Origin: Candidatus Saccharimonadota bacterium | GTDB taxonomy: Bacteria; Patescibacteriota; Saccharimonadia; Saccharimonadales; DTSZ01 | DNA: 64,000 bases | Assembly: GCA_012965045.1 (NCBI GenBank) | Contig: DTSZ01000001.1 | Coordinates: 284,937 to 348,936, forward strand | Reading direction: 5' to 3' | Notes under the pieces: model-generated | What the model saw: only the letters and a program-made list of their open reading frames with translations | Database searches by the model: none | Told to the model about the DNA's origin: nothing | Position numbers and translations under genes: made by a program | Part shown: piece after piece, positions 20,093-29,219 of the stretch | How the letters are laid out: each line of letters starts with the position of its first letter | Numbering within the stretch: position 1 is the first letter of the stretch

Positions 20093-23000
20093 TATTCGTC
20101 CTCCTTAACTTCATTATCGTCAGCATCTGACTCGCTATCCGCCGATTCGTCGTGAGCATCTTCGTCAGCAGCTTTGAATTCGTCTGCAGCAGCGTCGTCA
20201 GTTATATCAACTTGAGCATCGCCATCAGCCATGTCTTGAGCAGCGTTGGCTACGTCGCCGTCCTTTGCTTGTTCTTCAAGGACTTCCTCAATGACATCAT
20301 CAGCATCGATACTTTGCTCGTCTTTTATCAAGTCAACTTCAAGACTAAGACCTTGTAGCTCTTTAACAAGAACGTTAAAGCTTTCTGGGATCTTCGGACC
20401 TTGGATAGTTTCTTGCTTCACAATCGCTTCGTAGGCTTTTGATCGGCCGTAAACATCGTCTGACTTAATAGTTAGCATTTCCTGTAAGCTGTGCGCAGCT
20501 CCATACGCTTCAAGCGCCCAAACTTCCATTTCTCCGAATCGTTGACCACCATTTTGCGCCTTACCACCGAGTGGTTGCTGGGTAACCATTGTGTATGGTC
20601 CGGTTGCACGAGCGTGAATCTTGTCAGCGATCATGTGGTTCAGCTTAATCATGTACATTGGCCCGACAGTAGTAGTTTCTTTCATAGGTTCGCCGGTGCG
20701 GCCGTCGTACAACTGGAACTTACCGTCTTCTGGTAGGCCAGCTTCTTTAAGCAGGTCTTTTACTTTTTCAGTTTCAACACCTTGGAACGGTGGGCTGGCA
20801 ATCTTCCAGCCTAAGGCCTGAGCAGCCATACCTAGGTGGTTTTCAAACAGCTGACCAATGTTCATACGACTTGGTACACCAAGTGGGTTCAAGACAACGT
20901 CCAGTGGCGTTCCGTCTTCAAGGAATGGCATGTCTTCTACTGGGAGAATTCGAGCGATAACACCCTTGTTTCCGTAACGTCCACCAAGCTTGTCACCTAC
21001 ACTAATCTTTCGCATTTGAGCAACAAAGACCTGCACTTGCATCAAGGCTCCAGCCTTCATTTCGTGGCCAAGTTCTTTAGAAAAGATCTTTACGCCAACA
21101 ACTTTACCGTGTTTACCGTTTGGCATTCGAAGGCTCGTGTCTCGAACGTCTTTAGCTTTTTCACCAAAGATTGCTCGTAGCAGGCGCTCTTCACTGGAAA
21201 GTTCTTGTTCGCCTTTTGGCGTGATTTTACCTACAAGTACGTCACCAGGACGGACTTCCGCACCGATTCGAACAATACCTTCTTCGTCAAGGTGACGAAG
21301 CGCTTCTTCAGATACATTTGGAATGTCGGCAGTAACCACTTCTGGGCCAAGCTTTGTTTCTCGGACTTCAACCATGTAGTCAACAATATGAATTGAGGTT
21401 AGGGTGTCGTCTTTTACCAACCGTTCAGACACAATAATCGCGTCCTCAAAGTTGTATCCACCCCATGGCATGAAGCCAACAAGCACGTTCTGGCCAAGAG
21501 CTAGTTCTCCGCCTTGTATGCTCATACCTTCAATGATGCTGTCACCTTTTTTAAGCTTATCGCCCTTTGTGACAACAACTTTGTCATTCATGCTGGTTCC
21601 GTCGTTACTACGGACAAAGTGTCGTGGCGTGTACTTTTTAGTACCTGCTTTTTTGTATTTAACAGTCACTTCGTCAGCTGTAGCAGATACAACTTCACCG
21701 TCTTCAAGTGCGGCAACAAGCTGACCAGAGTTAAGAGCAACGTCTCTTTCAAGGCCGGTTCCTACTACTGGTGATTCCGGTTTAACTAATGGAACAGCTT
21801 GACGTTGTTGGTTTGCACCCATCAAAGATCGATACACGAAGTTTCGCTCTAAGAAAGGAATAAGACCAGCACTTGATCCTACAATTTGCTGTGGACTGGC
21901 GTCCATGTGCGTTACATCGTCGGCATCGATAACCTCTGCTTGTAGTTCTACACGAGCACTAACACGGTCCTTTACAAAGTAACCGTCTTCATCGACTTCG
22001 TTTCCGGCGCCGGCAATCGCTGCGTCTTTTTCATCAAAAGCGTCTAGGTACACAATTTCATCGGTAACCTTAGCTTTAACTGGGACAGTGGCGCTATCAA
22101 GTTTTGCTAATTTATCAGCATCAGCTTTAGTGATTTTTGCACCTTCTTTAACAACAACTTTGTCGTTGGCGTCTTTAATGTCGCGGCTAGCAATGCGACC
22201 AACACTATTTTTAGGAGTAACTGCATTTTGGACCTTAATATACGGTGTTTCTAAAAAGCCATAGTCGTTTACACGAGCAAATTGAGCTAAGTTCAATACC
22301 AATCCAATGTTGGCACCTTCTGGTGTTTCAACGGTACAAATACGGCCATAGTGAGTGGCGTGTGCGTCACGAACCTCAAAACCAGCACGTTCACGGCTCA
22401 ATCCGCCAGGCCCCATAGAGCTAAGGCGTCGTTTGTGAGCAAGTTCGCTCAACGGGTTTACTTGGTCCATGAACTGCGATAGCTGTGAGCTTGCGTAGAA
22501 TTCGCGGACTGCCGCAACGATTGGTCGGGCATTTACAAGTTGTCCTGGTGTAACTGTTTCGATTTCGCTCATAGACATACGGTCTTTAGCGTTTCGATCC
22601 ATGCGCAGTAAGCCGATTCTGAACTGACGTTGAACCAATTCGCCAACCAACTTCACGCGGCGATTACTTAGCGAGTCAATATCGTCTGGCAATTCTTGCG
22701 TATTATTAAGTCGAATAATTTCAGAAATTATCGCTGTTAGGTCTTCCATACGCATAACACGGTTTTCGATGGTATTTGGCACATCTAAGTCTAAGCGACG
22801 ATTAAGCTTGTAGCGACCTACACGACTAAAATCAAATCGTTTGAAATTAAAGAACATGCTTTCGAGCAAGCTCTTAGCGTTATCAACAGTTGCCAGGTCG
22901 CCTGGTCGTAGACGGCGATACACTTCAATCAAAGCTTCTGCTGTTGTGCTTGATGGGTCTTTTTCTAAGGTAGCTGCAATGTGGCTTAATTCACCGGTGT

Positions 23001-23628
23001 CAACATGGTTAAACTGTGACTCAATTGCACGGTCAGTACCAACACCAAGAGCACGTAGTAATGTTGTGATAGGAATTTTTCGACGTCGGTCGATCTTTAC
23101 GTAGATTGCACCGTTCTTAGCTGTTTCAAATTCTAACCATGCACCACGACCGGGAATAACCTTAGCTCCGTAGTGTCGCTTAGCTCCTACCATTTCACCA
23201 GTAAAGAAAACACCTGGTGAGCGAATAAGTTGGCTTACTACTACTCGTTCTGCGCCGTTAATCACAAATGTTCCGCGTTCGGTCATCCATGGGTAATCGC
23301 CAAGGTAAATCTCGGCTTCTTTCACTTCGCCTGTAACTTTGTTTGTAAGCTCAACAGTGGCCTTTAGGGGAGCTTCAAAACTAGTGTTGTTTTCTCGTGC
23401 TTCAAATTCGCTAATTTTTGGGTCTTCAAATTTGTAGTCTTTAAATCGTAGCTCTAGCTTTTCGCCGGTGTAGTCTTGAACTGGATTAATTTCAGCAAAG
23501 ATCTCACCTAGAGCTTCTTCAACAAACCACTGCCACGATTTAACTTGATGTTCTAATAAATTTGGTATTTCTACGGTCTTTTTTGATTTTGTTAAATATT
23601 TACGCGTTACAGCAGCGCTAGAAGACAT
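20092..23628 (-). CDS. rpoB: DNA-directed RNA polymerase subunit beta (acidic C-terminal tail)
   Basis: 1178 aa with conserved beta motifs (GRHGNKGV-like GRYGNKGV, NPLGVPSRMN). Has a ~60-aa Asp/Glu-rich tail. Confidence 0.97.
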   Translation of the reverse strand: MSSSAAVTRKYLTKSKKTVEIPNLLEHQVKSWQWFVEEALGEIFAEINPVQDYTGEKLELRFKDYKFEDPKISEFEARENNTSFEAPLKATVELTNKVTGEVKEAEIYLGDYPWMTERGTFVINGAERVVVSQLIRSPGVFFTGEMVGAKRHYGAKVIPGRGAWLEFETAKNGAIYVKIDRRRKIPITTLLRALGVGTDRAIESQFNHVDTGELSHIAATLEKDPSSTTAEALIEVYRRLRPGDLATVDNAKSLLESMFFNFKRFDFSRVGRYKLNRRLDLDVPNTIENRVMRMEDLTAIISEIIRLNNTQELPDDIDSLSNRRVKLVGELVQRQFRIGLLRMDRNAKDRMSMSEIETVTPGQLVNARPIVAAVREFYASSQLSQFMDQVNPLSELAHKRRLSSMGPGGLSRERAGFEVRDAHATHYGRICTVETPEGANIGLVLNLAQFARVNDYGFLETPYIKVQNAVTPKNSVGRIASRDIKDANDKVVVKEGAKITKADADKLAKLDSATVPVKAKVTDEIVYLDAFDEKDAAIAGAGNEVDEDGYFVKDRVSARVELQAEVIDADDVTHMDASPQQIVGSSAGLIPFLERNFVYRSLMGANQQRQAVPLVKPESPVVGTGLERDVALNSGQLVAALEDGEVVSATADEVTVKYKKAGTKKYTPRHFVRSNDGTSMNDKVVVTKGDKLKKGDSIIEGMSIQGGELALGQNVLVGFMPWGGYNFEDAIIVSERLVKDDTLTSIHIVDYMVEVRETKLGPEVVTADIPNVSEEALRHLDEEGIVRIGAEVRPGDVLVGKITPKGEQELSSEERLLRAIFGEKAKDVRDTSLRMPNGKHGKVVGVKIFSKELGHEMKAGALMQVQVFVAQMRKISVGDKLGGRYGNKGVIARILPVEDMPFLEDGTPLDVVLNPLGVPSRMNIGQLFENHLGMAAQALGWKIASPPFQGVETEKVKDLLKEAGLPEDGKFQLYDGRTGEPMKETTTVGPMYMIKLNHMIADKIHARATGPYTMVTQQPLGGKAQNGGQRFGEMEVWALEAYGAAHSLQEMLTIKSDDVYGRSKAYEAIVKQETIQGPKIPESFNVLVKELQGLSLEVDLIKDEQSIDADDVIEEVLEEQAKDGDVANAAQDMADGDAQVDITDDAAADEFKAADEDAHDESADSESDADDNEVKEDE

Positions 23629-23719
23629 AAAAAGCTAGTCCCATCTGTTTAAAAATTAGTATTTGTCGCGTGCAGCAAGGTAGGCCTACTTGCTGTTCGT
23701 CAAGGTGAAGACACCTGAT

Positions 23720-23754
23720 GCTTTTTATTTTTTTGGCCAAATAAAATAAAAAGC
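23720..23754 (-). promoter_or_regulatory. 35-nt AT-rich near-perfect palindrome in the rpoB leader
   Basis: GCTTTTTATTTT...AAAATAAAAAGC with a TTTGGCCAAA centre and one mismatch pair. Lies just downstream of the predicted transcription start (TSS). Confidence 0.4.
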
Positions 23755-23774
23755 TCGACTGCTTCTTGCGCTTA

Positions 23775-23802
23775 ATTATATACGTCCGACCTGTTGTGTC
23801 AA
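23775..23802 (-). promoter_or_regulatory. Consensus sigma-70 promoter for rpoB-rpoC (TTGACA-16-TATAAT)
   Basis: Minus strand reads TTGACA (23802-23797), 16 nt, then TATAAT (23780-23775), about 140 nt upstream of the rpoB ATG. Confidence 0.65.
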
Positions 23803-23810
23803 CTTATGTG

Positions 23811-24485
23811 TTAACTAACTTTAACTCGGCTTGAAATCTCGCAGGTTAAATTTTCGTGCGCAACTGGAAATTCAGCGGTTCTGCGCCAGGCTTTGCGCCC
23901 ACCATATGCAGCAGCCAATAAGTCATATGCAGTTGGCTTTTTTGTCAACGGCTTAAGTGGTGCAATAAGCACCCGCTGCACAGGGTTTTGCCGTTTACCA
24001 CGTCTTAAAAATTTAATGTACATTTTTTCTTTACCCATCTGTTCCTTGGCAGCAGAAAGTAACTGGCCACCAATCTGCACTACATCCTGACTGGTTTCAG
24101 TTTCAATGCAGTAAAACTTTGTCATCACAAAGCACTCACCGATTAATAATGAAGCAAGTTGCTCTTGCGGGCTACGGAGTCGCGGGGTGTATTTTTCAAC
24201 AACACCAAAAGCTACAAGTTCTGGTGACTTTTTATTACCAGCCGCCACAGCAATCAAGCGGCCGGTCGCAATGCAGTCCGCAAATAGATCTTTGTATGCT
24301 GCTAGCTGTTTGTCATTATCGGCGATATGTTTTGTTTGTTCACCAAAAATCGCACCGTCAACACGGTGATCATGAATGCCTACATTTAGTGTTTTAGCAA
24401 AAAACTGTTTTTCAAGTTGCAACAATTGGCTCAACACCGGTTTAGTCTGTAATTTCTTTGGGCTTACTACGAATAGGTCAGACAC
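23811..24485 (-). CDS. Hypothetical protein (224 aa; weak GNAT-acetyltransferase-like pattern)
   Basis: The segment VQIGGQLLSAAKEQM loosely resembles GNAT motif A. This is a weak resemblance, not a confident assignment. Confidence 0.6.
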   Translation of the reverse strand: MSDLFVVSPKKLQTKPVLSQLLQLEKQFFAKTLNVGIHDHRVDGAIFGEQTKHIADNDKQLAAYKDLFADCIATGRLIAVAAGNKKSPELVAFGVVEKYTPRLRSPQEQLASLLIGECFVMTKFYCIETETSQDVVQIGGQLLSAAKEQMGKEKMYIKFLRRGKRQNPVQRVLIAPLKPLTKKPTAYDLLAAAYGGRKAWRRTAEFPVAHENLTCEISSRVKVS

Positions 24486-24520
24486 TATATTTCCTTATTG
24501 TTTGTTTATGTTCTTGCCTG

Positions 24521-25153
24521 TTAGTTTGTTTCTTTCAGGCTTTTAACAACGTGATCAACAATACCATAGTCTTTAGCATCTTTAGCGGTTAACCAGCGGT
24601 CGCGGTCCATGTCTCTATTAACTTGTTTAGCTGTTTTCCCTGTCCAGTCGGCAAACATTTGTTCTAATAGTTTTTTAATATCGAGCGTTTCTTTAGCGTC
24701 TATTTCAATATCACTGGCAGTGCCACGGTAGCCGCTACTTGGTTGGTGAATCATCACCCGCGAATTAGGCAATGCAAACCGCTTACCTTTTGTGCCAGCA
24801 GCCAACAACGCCGCACCCATACTGGCACTTAAACCTATGGCTATAGTTTGCACGTCTGGCTTAATAAAGTTCATGGTATCAATGATTCCAAGCCCGTCGT
24901 ACACACTACCACCGGGGCTGTTTATATACAGTTTTATGTCTTTTTCGGGGTCTTCGTAGGCTAAGTGCAGCAATTGAGCGACAATTAGATTAGCAGAGTG
25001 ATGGTTAACTTCGGTGCCCAAAAAAATTATTCGCTCCTTAAGCAAGCGAGAGTAAATATCGTAGGCTCGTTCACCCATTGATGTTTGCTCAATGACGGTT
25101 GGAACTAGCATATTTGACTGCGGACCACTGGTGGATTGTGATTGTATATTCAT
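24521..25153 (-). CDS. clpP: ATP-dependent Clp protease proteolytic subunit
   Basis: 210 aa. [30 protein letters not shown], catalytic Ser in GLSASMGA and His in MIHQPS. The true start may be Met15 (25111). Confidence 0.95.
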   Translation of the reverse strand: MNIQSQSTSGPQSNMLVPTVIEQTSMGERAYDIYSRLLKERIIFLGTEVNHHSANLIVAQLLHLAYEDPEKDIKLYINSPGGSVYDGLGIIDTMNFIKPDVQTIAIGLSASMGAALLAAGTKGKRFALPNSRVMIHQPSSGYRGTASDIEIDAKETLDIKKLLEQMFADWTGKTAKQVNRDMDRDRWLTAKDAKDYGIVDHVVKSLKETN

Positions 25154-25171
25154 ACTATTAAGTGTACGAAT

Positions 25172-25198
25172 TTAGCACTCATAATACAAGAGTGCTAA
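25172..25198. promoter_or_regulatory. CIRCE element (HrcA operator), perfect consensus
   Basis: TTAGCACTC-ATAATACAA-GAGTGCTAA read directly, 19-45 nt upstream of the clpP ATG. Confidence 0.8.
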
Positions 25199-25201
25199 TG
25201 C

Positions 25202-26131
25202 TCATAATAGTCTCTGAACAATGTCTACGAGTTCTTGATCATCGAATTCGCCTTCGTTTTCCATAAATTCTTCAATTGTATCGTGATCAACGCCCATCAC
25301 TTTAGATGCTACGAGCAATAAAGCCGTACGTTTTTGAACTTTAGAGTTAGAGACGTACTCGCTGTAAGCCCTTTCTATATATGTGCTTGGTAGTGTATCT
25401 GTGCGATGGGCATTAACCTGTGCTGTAGGATTTTGTAGTGTAATTAAAGACGACATTACCTCTGCGAATTGAGCATGCATTGAGCCAAGGACGACTACGG
25501 CTGTTTTTGGGCCGTCATCCAGCTCATCCTCCCCTAGAGAAGTCAGAATCCTCTCTGCCCAAAGTTGTTCACGTTGTATAAATGTAGGTATAAACACTCC
25601 ATTTACGTACTTTTGACATTGTTTCTTAAAAGCTGACACAGGAGCTCTTCTGAATGGCAGCAAATTTTCTCTTATTGGGACGGCGTGGCCGTCTTGATTG
25701 TGCACAATATGCAAATAATTCGGAAGGTTTGGATGAGACAATTCATAATCAATTTGCACGACTTTAGCACCTGTACCACGAATAAGATCAAACCGACGCG
25801 TTGCGTATCGATACCCGGGATGGTTCCTTCCATATGCGTACAGGCCCAATAAAGTTGTTTGAGCTTCAAAGCTGCCATCGGAAATCTTTTGCGTATACTC
25901 CAACTGCTGCGGCTGCCAAGCCATGCCTTCTAAGAAGATCAAATCTAAATCCTCTGTAAAGAAAGGATTTACGCTTTCAGGTAGAGATTCGTCATCAATA
26001 TGCGAGCCTAGTAAAAACGTTACCTTGTGTGCTTTCTGTGGAGCTAGCCCTTCAAATCTTTTAAATGGGCGTGGAACTTCACGGTCATTTGGGGGGCTTA
26101 ACCCTTCTGAGCTATTTGGATTCTGTTTCAT
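25202..26131 (-). CDS. Hypothetical protein, possible TraB/GumN/Tiki-superfamily member
   Basis: FLLGSHID near the N-terminus and VVVLGSMHAQF near residue 230 resemble the paired GxxH motifs of TraB/GumN proteins (from memory, unverified). The ORF-track start at 26152 is TTG, so the ATG at 26131 was used. It overlaps the tig 3' end by 20 nt. Confidence 0.6.
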   Translation of the reverse strand: MKQNPNSSEGLSPPNDREVPRPFKRFEGLAPQKAHKVTFLLGSHIDDESLPESVNPFFTEDLDLIFLEGMAWQPQQLEYTQKISDGSFEAQTTLLGLYAYGRNHPGYRYATRRFDLIRGTGAKVVQIDYELSHPNLPNYLHIVHNQDGHAVPIRENLLPFRRAPVSAFKKQCQKYVNGVFIPTFIQREQLWAERILTSLGEDELDDGPKTAVVVLGSMHAQFAEVMSSLITLQNPTAQVNAHRTDTLPSTYIERAYSEYVSNSKVQKRTALLLVASKVMGVDHDTIEEFMENEGEFDDQELVDIVQRLL

Positions 26132-27413
26132 GTTTAGTATTTGATTCAACAATCAGGTCGATTGTTTTTTCAGTCAACATTTGTGCCGCTACTTCACGGC
26201 GGGCGTCAGGCTTGTCGAGCTCTGCCTGCATTTTTTCGTCTGTGTAGCGTTGTTTTAATAATGCAATTCGTTGATCAATTTCGGGCGTAGTAACTTTTAA
26301 ATCTTCGGCTTCTGCTACTTCAGTAAGCACGATACTTGCTTTAGCCCGCTTTACGGCTCGGTCGTCTAAGTAATCAGTTTCAAAAGATTTCTCGTCATAA
26401 CCTTCTGCGTCTCTAAATTGCTCTAGCGTCATGCCGCGGTACTGTAAATTCTGCATAAGTTCTTGGCGCAGCTGATTCTTGACGTTCTCTTTAAGTTTCG
26501 GTGGAATATCAAACTTAGATTTTTCTACCAATGCCCCAACTAATTCTTCACGGTACGTACTGTCAGCTTTGTTATTCTTTTCAGCTTCGAGTTGTTTTTT
26601 TATGTCGGCCTTTAGATCTGCGAGTTTAGTAAACGGACCAACCGTACCTGCAAAGGCGTCGTCAATCTTTGGTTTAACAACTTCTTCTATTTTTTTGACA
26701 GTAATAGTAAAGGTAACTGGTTTATTTTGTAGAGCTTTTACGTGGTAGTCCTTAGGGAAAATAACATCAAACGTTTTTTCGTCTCCAGCTTTTAAGCCTA
26801 CAACTTCTGGCTCAAAACCTTTAATGAATGTATTACTGCCAATAACCAATGGGTAGTCTTCACCGCTGGCGCCACTAACCTCTTTGCCGTCTTTATCGAC
26901 ACCTTTAAAATCGATCCAAACTTTGTCAGCGTCTTTGGCTGCTCGTTTTACTTCTTTGCTTTCAGCTCCGCGAGTTGCCAAATTATCTAAAACTTCTTCT
27001 ACTTCTTTATCTGTTACGTCCTCTACCGTTCGCTTAACAGAAAGCTTCTTATAGTCAGGTAGTTTAAATTCTGGAGTTACTTCTACTTCAGCTTCAAATT
27101 CAAGTTCTGTATAAGGCACAAACTTTGTCAACTTAATGGCTGGCTGACCAATAACTGCTACTTTTTCATCTTTAATAGCTTTGACGTAGGCAGAGTTTAC
27201 GACATAGTCAATGACCTGATTTTGCAAATAATCATCACCAATCTGCTTCTCTACAATTTTGTCTGGTGCTTGCCCTTGTCTAAACCCTGCGGCTTTTACA
27301 TCTTTACGGGCGTCTTCTATTACTTCTTTTTTGGCATCTGCGATTGTTGATTCTTCAACTGCAATTGTAAGTTTAACTAGACTGTCTTTAAGTTCTTGCT
27401 TTTGTACTTCCAT
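26112..27413 (-). CDS. tig: Trigger factor
   Basis: 433 aa from the ATG at 27413 (MEVQKQELKD..., GGAG 6 nt upstream). Trigger-factor N-domain, FKBP-like and C-domain pattern. Confidence 0.92.
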   Translation of the reverse strand: MEVQKQELKDSLVKLTIAVEESTIADAKKEVIEDARKDVKAAGFRQGQAPDKIVEKQIGDDYLQNQVIDYVVNSAYVKAIKDEKVAVIGQPAIKLTKFVPYTELEFEAEVEVTPEFKLPDYKKLSVKRTVEDVTDKEVEEVLDNLATRGAESKEVKRAAKDADKVWIDFKGVDKDGKEVSGASGEDYPLVIGSNTFIKGFEPEVVGLKAGDEKTFDVIFPKDYHVKALQNKPVTFTITVKKIEEVVKPKIDDAFAGTVGPFTKLADLKADIKKQLEAEKNNKADSTYREELVGALVEKSKFDIPPKLKENVKNQLRQELMQNLQYRGMTLEQFRDAEGYDEKSFETDYLDDRAVKRAKASIVLTEVAEAEDLKVTTPEIDQRIALLKQRYTDEKMQAELDKPDARREVAAQMLTEKTIDLIVESNTKHETESK

Positions 27414-27480
27414 GAAACTCCATACTCCTTTGGCACTATTTAGAAAGTTAGAATTATTAACTCGCCACAACTATAACAGA

Positions 27481-27876
27481 TTAGCGAATATAACCCCACC
27501 GTTTTAACAGAGAGTAATTATTATAGCCTAAATCAGTGTGCACAAGGTCAATAATTGGAATCCACTGAGCTGAATCTAGTTCATCTGCTTGGTGGATTAT
27601 CTCACCAGCAACATATCTGCATTTAAAAAAATGCATTTCTGCAGACGAGCTTTTGTCTATAAATAATTGCTCTGTAACCTCTACCTCGATATTTGTCTCC
27701 TCGGCAATTTCGCGCAGCACTGCTTGCTGGGGTGTCTCACCACTGTCAACCATGCCGCCAGGGAGCACCCATTTTTCGGCTTCATTGGCGTACCACTGAG
27801 GCAGCTGCACAAGCAGGATATTATCGTCATTTTCTACTAAACCGGCAGCAGCCTTTAAAGTACTTGTTTTACTCAT
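27481..27876 (-). CDS. NUDIX hydrolase
   Basis: 131 aa with the Nudix box GGMVDSGETPQQAVLREIAEETNI. Confidence 0.9.
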   Translation of the reverse strand: MSKTSTLKAAAGLVENDDNILLVQLPQWYANEAEKWVLPGGMVDSGETPQQAVLREIAEETNIEVEVTEQLFIDKSSSAEMHFFKCRYVAGEIIHQADELDSAQWIPIIDLVHTDLGYNNYSLLKRWGYIR

Positions 27877-29137
27877 CTATCTCGAAATAATCAGCAATAA
27901 AAGCTGGAATGTTCTCGGCAGGCATTGTATGTTCTGTTTCTTCACGTAAATTCTTAACAACCACCTCGCCGGATTCAATTTCCTTGTCACCAATAAACAC
28001 CATAAACGGCACGCCAAGTTTAATTGCTGACTTGATCTTTTTATCGGCTTTTTTATTAAGCACATCAACCGCTACATTCACTCCGTCTTCTCGCAGGTCA
28101 CTGGCAAGCTCTTGAACTTCACTCGGGTCGGTTCCTTCTAGCGTTGCGACAATAAGTTCGGTAGCAGGCATGTAGTCGGGCGTTAACTCATGTAAGCGTA
28201 GAAATTCCGCCAAGGTTGCGTCGCCCATCCCAAAGCCTACTGTTGGCAAAGGGTCTACACCAAACATGCCAACCAAATTATCGTAGCGACCACCACCAAA
28301 CATGCTGCGATTATTTTCTGGGTGTTTATCAAATACTTCAAACACAATGTCGGTGTAATAATCAAAGCCACGAGCTAAGCTTGGGTCGAAAACTGCTCTC
28401 GTACCAGATTTTTCGAGTAGATCGATAGTTTGCTTGACACTAGAATCCTTACCTAAATTACTGTAGTCATCTGATAAATAACACTCAATTGACGCTACAT
28501 TCTCAACTGAATCTTTAAGCTTCTGCTCAAATTCTTCAGTAGACATCTTGTCCTTGGAGTCAATCAACCGCACGATGTCTTCTGTATTAGTTTTTGGGAC
28601 TGACATCTCAATATTGGCACGTAAAGTCTTTTTTGAATTGATTCGTATCTCATACATCGACTCATCCGCGCCGAATGCCTTCATAATGTCGTCGGCTAGT
28701 TTTAGCATTTCGTATTCTGCGTTCAGCGTGTCATCGCCAAATATATCCGCGTTTAACTGCCAAAATTCACGTAATCGGCCTTTCTGTGGTCGTTCGTAGC
28801 GCATGCAGTTAGGGATCGAAAATAAGCGCAACGGATATCCAGACTCTTGTCGTTGCTGTGCAACCAAACGGGCTACACTCGGTGTCATTTCTGGGCGAAT
28901 TGTTATATTACGACCGCCGCGATCTTCAAAACTGTACGTCTGCTGACTAACAATTTCTTGACTGGTTTTTGCCGTATACAAATCAATCGGCTCAATCGTA
29001 GGGGTCATGTATTCTTCGTAGCCAAAACTCTGACAAACATTGCGCCAGGTATTAAAAATATATGTTTGTAAAAACATATCTCGCGGTGCAAAGTCACGCG
29101 TTCCGCGGTAAGGGTCTTTTGATAATTGGTTGCTCAT
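27869..29137 (-). CDS. hisS: Histidine--tRNA ligase
   Basis: 422 aa with class II motifs, including FGGGRYDNLV and RGTRDF. Confidence 0.95.
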   Translation of the reverse strand: MSNQLSKDPYRGTRDFAPRDMFLQTYIFNTWRNVCQSFGYEEYMTPTIEPIDLYTAKTSQEIVSQQTYSFEDRGGRNITIRPEMTPSVARLVAQQRQESGYPLRLFSIPNCMRYERPQKGRLREFWQLNADIFGDDTLNAEYEMLKLADDIMKAFGADESMYEIRINSKKTLRANIEMSVPKTNTEDIVRLIDSKDKMSTEEFEQKLKDSVENVASIECYLSDDYSNLGKDSSVKQTIDLLEKSGTRAVFDPSLARGFDYYTDIVFEVFDKHPENNRSMFGGGRYDNLVGMFGVDPLPTVGFGMGDATLAEFLRLHELTPDYMPATELIVATLEGTDPSEVQELASDLREDGVNVAVDVLNKKADKKIKSAIKLGVPFMVFIGDKEIESGEVVVKNLREETEHTMPAENIPAFIADYFEIDE

Positions 29138-29144
29138 AGCATGA

Positions 29145-29153
29145 AGTATAGCA
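29145..29153 (-). promoter_or_regulatory. Extended -10 promoter TGCTATACT, 7 nt upstream of the hisS ATG (leaderless candidate)
   Basis: Minus strand reads TGCTATACT-tcatgct-ATG, with no SD in between. Confidence 0.45.
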
Positions 29154-29219
29154 AGTTTGATTGGTTCTCTTCTGTTTTTTATAAAAGCTGCTTTAGCAAG
29201 CTGCCGCTTGCATCAATTA

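Noticed and set aside
11488-23104. Many 60-175-aa ORFs antisense to or out of frame with tuf, fusA, rpoC and rpoB (for example 11488-12015, 13165-13572, 13265-13612, 20836-21180, 21404-21724)
   Set aside because: They lie entirely inside strongly supported conserved genes. Their compositions are skewed (Ser/Thr/Phe-rich), as is typical of shadow frames.
26132-27470. N-terminally extended ORF-track starts for tig (27470), the 316-aa ORF (26152), rplW (6581), rsmD (32817), the LTD protein (52547), fusA (15004) and the 124-aa ORF (9928)
   Set aside because: The extensions start at TTG or lack an SD, and some would create long overlaps. Internal ATGs give canonical N-termini, SDs or ATGA/TAATG coupling.
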